This document shows positions 48,901 to 62,000 of a DNA stretch of 64,000 bases, piece by piece. The DNA is taken from positions 19,468,001 to 19,532,000 of the forward strand of contig OZ024749.1 of NCBI GenBank assembly GCA_964016885.1, in the 5' to 3' direction. The DNA is from Eledone cirrhosa. Its lineage: Eukaryota. A model generated the notes under the pieces. It was not told where the DNA came from. It saw only the letters and a program-made list of their open reading frames with translations, and did no database searches. Numbering within the stretch: the first letter of the stretch is position 1; each line of letters starts with the position of its first letter. The position numbers and the translations under genes were made by a program.

Positions 48901-50034
48901 GTTAATGACTGTATTAACATTATCTATACACTGTTAATGACTGTATTTACACTATCTATACACTGTTAATGACTGTATTTACACTATCTATACACTGTTA
49001 ATGACTGTATTTACACTATCTATACATTGTTAATGACTGTATTTACACTATCTATACACTGTTAATGACTGTATTTACACTATCTATACACTGTTAATGA
49101 CTGTATTTACACTATCTATACACCTTAAATGACTGTATTTACACTATCTATACACTGTTAATGACTGTATTTACACTATCTATACACCGTTAATGACTGT
49201 ATTTACACTATCTATACACTGTTAATAACTGTATTTACACTATCTATACACTGTTAATAACTGTATTTACACTATCTATACACTGTTAATAACTGTATTT
49301 ACACTATCTATACACTGTTAATAACTGTATTTACACTATCTATACATTGTTAATGACTGTATTTACACTATCTATACACTGTTAATAACTGTATTTACAC
49401 TATCTATACACTGTTAATGACTGTATTTACACTATCTATACACTGTTAATAACTGTATTTACACTATCTATACACTGTTAATAACTGTATTTACACTATC
49501 TATACACTGTTAATAACTGTATTTACACTATCTATACACTGTTAATGACTGTATTTACACTATGTATACATTGTTAATGACTGTATTTACACTATCTATA
49601 CATTGTTAATGACTGTATTTACACTATCTATACATTGTTAATGACTGTATTTACACTATCTATGCACTGTTAATGACTGGATTTACACTATCTATACACT
49701 GTTAATGACTGTATTTACACTATCTATACATTGTTAATGACTGTATTTACACTATCTATACACTGTTAATCACTGTATTTACACTATCTATACACTGTTA
49801 ATGACTGTATTTACACTATCTATACACTGTTAATCACTCTATTTACACTATCTATACACTGTTAATGACTGTATTTACACTATCTATACATTGTTAATGA
49901 CTGTATTTACACGATCTATACATTGTTAATGACTGTATTTACACTATCTATACACTGTTAATGACTGTATTTACACTATCTATACACTGTTAATGACTGT
50001 ATTTACACTATCTATACATTGTTAATAACTGTAT

Positions 50035-53000
50035 TTACACTATCTATACACTGTTAATGACTGTATTTACACTATCTATACACCGTTAATGACTGTATTT
50101 ACATTATCTATACACTGTTAATGACTGTATTTACACTATCTATACACCGTTAATGACTGTATTTACATTATCTATACACTGTTAATGACTGTATTTACAC
50201 TATCTATACACTGTAAATAACTGTATTTACACTATCTATACATTGTTAATAACTGTATTTACACTATCTATACACTGTTAATGACTGTATTTACACTATC
50301 TATGCACTGTTAATGACTGTATTTACACTATCTATACACTGTTAATGACTGTATTTACACTATCTGTACATTGTTAATGACTGTATTTACACTATCTATA
50401 CACTGTTAATAACTGTATTTACACTATCTATACACTGTTAATGACTGTATTTACACTATCTATACATTGTTCATGACTGTATTTACACTATCTATACATT
50501 GTTAATGACTGTGTTTACACTATCTATACACTGTTAATGACTGTATTTACACTATCTATACATTGTTAATGACTGTATTTACACTATCTATACACTGTTA
50601 ATGACTGTATTTACACTATTTATATACTGTTAATAACTGTATTTACACTATCTATACACTGTTAATGACTGTATTTACACTATCTATACACTGTCAATGA
50701 CTGTATTTACACTATCTATACACTGTTAATAACTGTATTTACACTATCTATACACTGTTAATAACTGTATTTACACTATCTATACACTGTTAATGACTGT
50801 ATTTACGCTATCTATACACTGTTAATGACTGTATTTACACTATCTATACACTGTTAATGACTGTATTTACACTATCTATACACTGTTAATGACTGTATTT
50901 ACACTATCTATACACTGTTAATAACTGTATTATACTATCTATACACTGTTAATGACTGTATTTACACTATCTATACATTGTTAATGACTGTATTTACACT
51001 ATCTATACACTGTTAATGACTGTATTTACACTATCTATACACTGTCAATGACTGTATTTACGCTATCTATACACTGTTAATGACTGTATTTACACTATCT
51101 ATACACTGTTAATGACTGTATTTACACTATCTATACACTATTAATAACTGTATTTACACTATCTATACACTGTTAATGAGTGTATTTACACTATCTATAC
51201 ACTGTTAATAACTGTATTTACACTATCTATACACTGTTAATGACTGTATTTACACTATCTATACACTGTTAATGACTGTATTTACACTATCTATACATTG
51301 TTAATGACTGTATTTACACTATCTATACACTGTTAATGACTGTATTTACACTATCTATACACTGTTAATGACTATTTACACTATACATTGTTAATGACTG
51401 TATTTACACTATCTATACACAATTAATGACTGTATTTACACTATCTATACACTGTTAATGACTGTATTTACGCTATCTATACACTGTTAATGACTGTATT
51501 TACACTATCTATACACTGTTAATGACTGCATTTACACTATCTATACACCGTTAATGACTGTATTTACACTATCTATACACTGTTAATAACTGTATTTACA
51601 CTATCTATACACTGTTAATGACTGTATTTACACTATTTATATACTGTTAATAACTGTATTTACACTATCTATACACTGTTAATGACTGTATTTACACTAT
51701 CTATACCCTGTTAATGACTGTATTTACACTATCTATACTCTGTTAATAACTGTATTTACACTATCTATACATTGTTAATGACTGTATTTACACTATCTAT
51801 ACACTGTTAATGACTGTATTTACACTATCTATACACTGTTAATGACTGTATTTACACTATCTATACACTGTTAATAACTGTATTTACACTATCTATACAC
51901 TGTTAATAACTGTATTTACACTATCTATACACTGTTAATAACTGTATTTACACTATCTATACACTGTTAATGACTGTATTTACACTATCTATACCCTGTT
52001 AATGACTGTATTTACACTATCTATACTCTGTTAATAACTGTATTTACACTATCTATACATTGTTAATGACTGTATTTACACTATCTATACACTGTTAATG
52101 ACTGTATTTACACTATCTATACACCGTTAATGACTGTATTTACATTATCTATACACTGTTAATGACTGTATTTACACTATCTATACACTGTAAATAACTG
52201 TATTTACACTATCTATACACTGTAAATAACTGTATTTACACTATCTATACATTGTTAATAACTGTATTTACACTATCCATACACTGTTAATGACTGTATT
52301 TACACTATCTATGCACTGTTAATGACTGTATTTACACTATCTATACACTGTTAATGACTGTATTTACACTATCTATACATTGTTAATGACTGTATTTACA
52401 CTATCTATACACTGTTAATAACTGTATTTACACTATCTATACACTGTTAATGACTGTATTTACACTATCTATACATTGTTAATGACTGTATTTACACTAT
52501 CTATACATTGTTAATGACTGTATTTACACTATCTATACACTGTTAATGACTGTATTTACACTATCTATACATTGTTAATGACTGTATTCACACTATCTAT
52601 ACACTGTTAATGACTGTATTTACACTATTTATATACTGTTAATAACTGTATTTACACTATCTATACACTGTTAATGACTGTATTTACACTATCTATACAC
52701 TGTTAATGACTGTATTTACACTATCTATACACTGTTAATAACTGTATTTACACTATCTATACATTGTTAATGACTGTATTTACACTATCTATACACTGTT
52801 AATGACTGTATTTACACTATCTATACACTGTTAATGACTGTATTTACACTATCTATACACTGTTAATAACTGCATTTACACTATCTATACACTGTTAATA
52901 ACTGTATTTACACTATCTATACACTGTTAATGACTGTATTTACACTATCTATACATTGTTAATGACTGTATTTACACTATCTATACACTGTTAATGTCTG

Positions 53001-56000
53001 TATTTACACTATTTATACACTGTTAATAACTGTATTTACACTATCTATACACTGTTAATGACTGTATTTACACTATCTATACACTGTTAATGACTGTATT
53101 TACACTATCTATACACTGTTAATGACTGTATTTACACTATCTATACACTGTTAATGACTGTATTTACACTATCTATACATCGTTAATGACTGTATTTACA
53201 CTATCTATACACTGTTAATGACTGTATTTACACTATCTATACACTGTTAATGACTATTTACACTATCTATACATTGTTAATGACTGTATTTACACTATCT
53301 ATACACTATTAATGACTGTATTTACACTATCTATACACTGTTAATGACTGTATTTACGCTATCTATACACTGTTAATGACTGTATTTACACTATCTATAC
53401 ACTGTTAATGACTGTATTTACACTATCTATACACTGTTAATGACTGTATTTACACTATCTATACACTGTTAATAACTGTATTTATACTATCTATACACTG
53501 TTAATGACTGTATTTACACTATCTATACACTGTTAATGACTGTATTTACACTATCTATACACTGTTAATGACTGTATTTACACTATCTATACACTGTCAA
53601 TGACTGTATTTACGCTATCTATACACTGTTAATGACTGTATTTACACTATCTATACACTGTTAATAACTGTATTTACACTATCTATACACTGTTAATAAC
53701 TGTATTTACACTATCTATACACTGTTAATGACTGTATTAACACTATCTATACACTGTTAATGACTGTATTTACACTATCTATACACCGTTAATGACTGTA
53801 TTTACATTATCTATACACTGTTATTGACTGTATTTACACCATCTATACATTGTTAATGACTGTATTTACACTATCTGTACACCGTTAATGACTGTATTTA
53901 CATTATCTATACACTGTTAATGACTGTATTTATCCTATCTATACACCGTTAATGACTGTATTTACACTATCTATACGTTGTTAATGACTGTATTTACACT
54001 ATCTATACACTGTTAATAACTGTATTTACACTATCTATACACTGTTAATGACTGTATTTACACTATCTATACACTGTTAATGACTGTATTTACACTATCT
54101 ATGCACTGTTAATGACTGTATTTACACTATCTATACACTGTTAATGACTGTATTTACACTATCTATACACCGTTAATGACTGTATTTACACTATCTATAC
54201 ACTGTTAATAACTGTATTTACACTATCTATACACTGTTATTGACTGTATTTACACCATCTATACATTGTTAATGACTGTATTTACACTATCTATACACTG
54301 TTAATAACTGTATTTACACTATCTATACACTGTTAATGACTGTATTTACACTATCTATACATTGTTAATGACTGTATTTACACTATCTATACACTGTTAA
54401 TGTCTGTATTTACACTATTTATACACTGTTAATAACTGTATTTACACTATCTATACACTGTTAATGACTGTATTTACACTATCTATACACTGTTAATGAC
54501 TGTATTTACACTATCTATACACTGTTAATGACTGTATTTACACTATCTATACACTGTTAATGACTGTATTTACATTATCTATACACTGTTAATGACTGTA
54601 TTTACACTATCTATACACTGTTAATGACTGTATTTACACTATCTATACATTGTTAATGACTGTATTTACACTATCTATACACTGTTAATGACTGTATTTA
54701 CACTATCTATACACTGTTAATGACTGTATTTACACTATCTATACACCGTTAATGACTGTATTTACATTATCTATACACTGTTAATGACTGTATTTACACT
54801 ATCTATACACCGTTAATGACTGTATTTACATTATCTATACACTGTTAATGACTGTATTTACACTATCTATACACTGTAAATAACTGTATTTAGACTATCT
54901 ATACATTGTTAATAACTGTATTTACACTATCTATACACTGTTAATGACTGTATTTACACTATCTATGCACTGTTAATGACTGTATTTACACTATCTATAC
55001 ACTGTTAATGACTGTATTTACACTATCTGTACATCGTTAATGACTGTATTTACACTATCTATACACTGTTAATAACTGTATTTACACTATCTATACACTG
55101 TTAATGACTGTATTTACACTATCTATACATTGTTCATGACTGTATTTACACTATCTATACATTGTTAATGACTGTATTTACACTATCTATACACTGTTAA
55201 TGACTGTATTTACACTATCTATACATTGTTAATGACTGTATTTACACTATCTATACACTGTTAATGACTGTATTTACACTATTTATATACTGTTAATAAC
55301 TGTATTTACACTATCTATACACTGTTAATGACTGTATTTACACTATCTATACACTGTTAATGACTGTATTTACACTATCTATACACTGTTAATAACTCTA
55401 TTTACACTATCTATACACTGTTAATAACTGTATTTACACTATCTATACACTGTTAATGACTGTATTTACGCTATCTATACACTGTTAATGACTGTATTTA
55501 CACTATCTATACACTGTTAATGACTGTATTTACACTATCTATACACTGTTAATGACTGTATTTACACTATCTATACACTGTTAATAACTGTATTATACTA
55601 TCTATACACTGTTAATGACTGTATTTACACTATCTATACATTGTTAATGACTGTATTTACACTATCTATACACTGTTAATGACTGTATTTACACTATCTA
55701 TACACTGTCAATGACTGTATTTACGCTATCTATACACTGTTAATGACTGTATTTACACTATCTATACACTGTTAATGACTGTATTTACACTATCTATACA
55801 CTATTAATAACTGTATTTACACTATCTATACACTGTTAATGAGTGTATTTACACTATCTATACACTGTTAATAACTGTATTTACACTATCTATACACTGT
55901 TAATAACTGTATTTACACTATCTATACGTTGTTAATGACTGTATTTACACTATCTATACACTGTTAATAACTGTATTTACACTATCTATACACTGTTAAT

Positions 56001-59000
56001 GACTGTATTTACACTATCTATACACTGTTAATGACTGTATTTACACTATCTATGCACTGTTAATGACTGTATTTACACTATCTATACACTGTTAATGACT
56101 GTATTTACACTATCTATACACCGTTAATGACTGTATTTACACTATCTATACACTGTTAATAACTGTATTTACACTATCTATACACTGTTATTGACTGTAT
56201 TTACACCATCTATACATTGTTAATGACTGTATTTACACTATCTATACACCGTTAATGACTGTATTTACATTATCTATACACTGTTAATGACTGTATTTAT
56301 CCTATCTATACACCGTTAATGACTGTATTTACATTATCTATACACTGTTAATGACTGTATTTACACTATCTATACACTGTTAATGACTGCATTTACACTA
56401 TCTATACACCGTTAATGACTGTATTTACACTATCTATACACTGTTAATAACTGTATTTACACTATCTATACACTGTTAATGACTGTATTTACACTATTTA
56501 TATACTGTTAATAACTGTATTTACACTATCTATACACTGTTAATGACTGTATTTACACTATCTATACCCTGTTAATGACTGTATTTACACTATCTATACT
56601 CTGTTAATAACTGTATTTACACTATCTATACATTGTTAATGACTGTATTTACACTATCTATACACTGTTAATGACTGTATTTACACTATCTATACACTGT
56701 TAATGACTGTATTTACACTATCTATACACTGTTAATAACTGTATTTACACTATCTATACACTGTTAATAACTGTTTTTACACTATCTATACACTGTTAAT
56801 GACTGTATTTACACTATCTATACATTGTTAATGACTGTATTTACACTATCTATACACTGTTAATGTCTGTATTTACACTATTTATACACTGTTAATAACT
56901 GTATTTACACTATCTATACACTGTTAATGACCGTATTTACACTATCTATACACTGTTAATGGCTGTATTTACATTATCTATACACTGTTAATGACTGTAT
57001 TTACACTATCTATACACTGTTAATGACTGTATTTACACTATCTATACATTGTTAATGACTGTATTTACACTATCTATACACTGTTAATGACTGTATTTAC
57101 ACTATCTATACACTGTTAATGACTGTATTTACACTATCTATACACCGTTAATGACTGTATTTACATTATCTATACACTGTTAATGACTGTATTTACACTA
57201 TCTATACACTGTAAATAACTGTATTTACACTATCTATACACTGTAAATAACTGTATTTACACTATCTATACATTGTTAATAACTGTATTTACACTATCTA
57301 TACACTGTTAATGACTGTATTTACACTATCTATGCACTGTTAATGACTGTATTTACACTATCTATACACTGTTAATGACTGTATTTACACTATCTATACA
57401 TTGTTAATGACTGTATTTACACTATCTATACACTGTTAATAACTGTATTTACACTATCTATACACTGTTAATGACTGTATTTACACTATCTATACATTGT
57501 TAATGACTGTATTTACACTATCTATACATTGTTAATGACTGTATTTACACTATCTATACACTGTTAATGACTGTATTTACACTATCTATACATTGTTAAT
57601 GACTGTATTCACACTATCTATACACTGTTAATGACTGTATTTACACTATTTATATACTGTTAATAACTGTATTTACACTATCTATACACTGTTAATGACT
57701 GTATTTACACTATCTATACACTGTTAATGACTGTATTTACACTATCTATACACTGTTAATAACTGTATTTACACTATCTATACATTGTTAATGACTGTAT
57801 TTACACTATCTATACACTGTTAATGACTGTATTTACACTATCGATACACTGTTAATGACTGTATTTACACTATCTATACACTGTTAATGACTGTATTTAC
57901 ACTATCTATACACCGTTAATGACTGTATTTACATTATCTATACACTGTTAATGACTGTATTTACACTATCTATACACCGTTAATGACTGTATTTACATTA
58001 TCTATACACTGTTAATGACTGTATTTACACTATCTATACACTGTAAATAACTGTATTTACACTATCTATACATTGTTAATAACTGTATTTACACTATCTA
58101 TACACTGTTAATGACTGTATTTACACTATCTATGCACTGTTAATGACTGTATTTACACTATCTATACACTGTTAATGACTGTATTTACACTATCTGTACA
58201 TTGTTAATGACTGTATTTACACTATCTATACACTGTTAATAACTGTATTTACACTATCTATACACTGTTAATGACTGTATTTACACTATCTATACATTGT
58301 TCATGACTGTATTTACACTATCTATACATTGTTAATGACTGTGTTTACACTATCTATACACTGTTAATGACTGTATTTACACTATCTATACATTGTTAAT
58401 GACTGTATTTACACTATCTATACACTGTTAATGACTGTATTTACACTATTTATATACTGTTAATAACTGTATTTACACTATCTATACACTGTTAATGACT
58501 GTATTTACACTATCTATACACTGTCAATGACTGTATTTACACTATCTATACACTGTTAATGACTGTATTTACGCTATCTATACACTGTTAATGACTGTAT
58601 TTACACTATCTATACACTGTTAATGACTGTATTTACACTATCTATACACTGTTAATGACTGTATTTACACTATCTATACACTGTTAATAACTGTATTATA
58701 CTATCTATACACTGTTAATGACTGTATTTACACTATCTATACATTGTTAATGACTGTATTTACACTATCTATACACTGTTAATGACTGTATTTACACTAT
58801 CTATACACTGTCAATGACTGTATTTACGCTATCTATACACTGTTAATGACTGTATTTACACTATCTATACACTGTTAATGACTGTATTTACACTATCTAT
58901 ACACTATTAATAACTGTATTTACACTATCTATACACTGTTAATGAGTGTATTTACACTATCTATACACTGTTAATAACTGTATTTACACTATCTATACAC

Positions 59001-62000
59001 TGTTAATAACTGTATTTACACTATCTATACGTTGTTAATGACTGTATTTACACTATCTATACACTGTTAATAACTGTATTTACACTATCTATACACTGTT
59101 AATGACTGTATTTACACTATCTATACACTGTTAATGACTGTATTTACACTATCTATGCACTGTTAATGACTGTATTTACACTATCTATACACTGTTAATG
59201 ACTGTATTTACACTATCTATACACCGTTAATGACTGTATTTACACTATCTATACACTGTTAATAACTGTATTTACACTATCTATACACTGTTATTGACTG
59301 TATTTACACCATCTATACATTGTTAATGACTGTATTTACACTATCTATACACCGTTAATGACTGTATTTACATTATCTATACACTGTTAATGACTGTATT
59401 TATCCTATCTATACACCGTTAATGACTGTATTTACATTATCTATACACTGTTAATGACTGTATTTACACTATCTATACACTGTTAATGACTGCATTTACA
59501 CTATCTATACACCGTTAATGACTGTATTTACACTATCTATACACTGTTAATAACTGTATTTACACTATCTATACACTGTTAATGACTGTATTTACACTAT
59601 TTATATACTGTTAATAACTGTATTTACACTATCTATACACTGTTAATGACTGTATTTACACTATCTATACCCTGTTAATGACTGTATTTACACTATCTAT
59701 ACTCTGTTAATAACTGTATTTACACTATCTATACATTGTTAATGACTGTATTTACACTATCTATACACTGTTAATGACTGTATTTACACTATCTATACAC
59801 TGTTAATGACTGTATTTACACTATCTATACACTGTTAATAACTGTATTTACACTATCTATACACTGTTAATAACTGTTTTTACACTATCTATACACTGTT
59901 AATGACTGTATTTACACTATCTATACATTGTTAATGACTGTATTTACACTATCTATACACTGTTAATGTCTGTCTTTACACTATTTATACACTGTTAATA
60001 ACTGTATTTACACTATCTATACACTGTTAATGACCGTATTTACACTATCTATACACTGTTAATGGCTGTATTTACATTATCTATACACTGTTAATGACTG
60101 TATTTACACTATCTATACACTGTTAATGACTGTATTTACACTATCTATACATTGTTAATGACTGTATTTACACTATCTATACACTGTTAATGACTGTATT
60201 TACACTATCTATACACTGTTAATGACTGTATTTACACTATCTATACACCGTTAATGACTGTATTTACATTATCTATACACTGTTAATGACTGTATTTACA
60301 CTATCTATACACTGTAAATAACTGTATTTACACTATCTATACACTGTAAATAACTGTATTTACACTATCTATACATTGTTAATAACTGTATTTACACTAT
60401 CTATACACTGTTAATGACTATATTTACACTATCTATGCACTGTTAATGACTGTATTTACACTATCTATACACTGTTAATGACTGTATTTACACTATCTAT
60501 ACATTGTTAATGACTGTATTTACACTATCTATACACTGTTAATAACTGTATTTACACTATCTATACACTGTTAATGACTGTATTTACACTATCTATACAT
60601 TGTTAATGACTGTATTTACACTATCTATACATTGTTAATGACTGTATTTACACTATCTATACACTGTTAATGACTGTATTTACACTATCTATACATTGTT
60701 AATGACTGTATTCACACTATCTATACACTGTTAATGACTGTATTTACACTATTTATATACTGTTAATAACTGTATTTACACTATCTATACACTGTTAATG
60801 ACTGTATTTACACTATCTATACACTGTTAATGACTGTATTTACACTATCTATACACTGTTAATAACTGTATTTACACTATCTATACATTGTTAATGACTG
60901 TATTTACACTATCTATACACTGTTAATGACTGTATTTACACTATCTATACACTGTTAATGACTGTATTTACACTATCTATACACTGTTAATGACTGTATT
61001 TACACTATCTATACACCGTTAATGACTGTATTTACATTATCTATACACTGTTAATGACTGTATTTACACTATCTATACACCGTTAATGACTGTATTTACA
61101 TTATCTATACACTGTTAATGACTGTATTTACACTATCTATACACTGTAAATAACTGTATTTACACTATCTATACATTGTTAATAACTGTATTTACACTAT
61201 CTATACACTGTTAATGACTGTATTTACACTATCTATGCACTGTTAATGACTGTATTTACACTATCTATACACTGTTAATGACTGTATTTACACTATCTGT
61301 ACATTGTTAATGACTGTATTTACACTATCTATACACTGTTAATAACTGTATTTACACTATCTATACACTGTTAATGACTGTATTTACACTATCTATACAT
61401 TGTTCATGACTGTATTTACACTATCTATACATTGTTAATGACTGTGTTTACACTATCTATACACTGTTAATGACTGTATTTACACTATCTATACATTGTT
61501 AATGACTGTATTTACACTATCTATACACTGTTAATGACTGTATTTACACTATTTATATACTGTTAATAACTGTATTTACACTATCTATACACTGTTAATG
61601 ACTGTATTTACACTATCTATACACTGTCAATGACTGTATTTACACTATCTATACACTGTTAATAACTGTATTTACACTATCTATACACTGTTAATAACTG
61701 TATTTACACTATCTATACACTGTTAATGACTGTATTTACGCTATCTATACACTGTTAATGACTGTATTTACACTATCTATACACTGTTAATGACTGTATT
61801 TACACTATCTATACACTGTTAATGACTGTATTTACACTATCTATACACTGTTAATAACTGTATTATACTATCTATACACTGTTAATGACTGTATTTACAC
61901 TATCTATACATTGTTAATGACTGTATTTACACTATCTATACACTGTTAATGACTGTATTTACACTATCTATACACTGTCAATGACTGTATTTACGCTATC

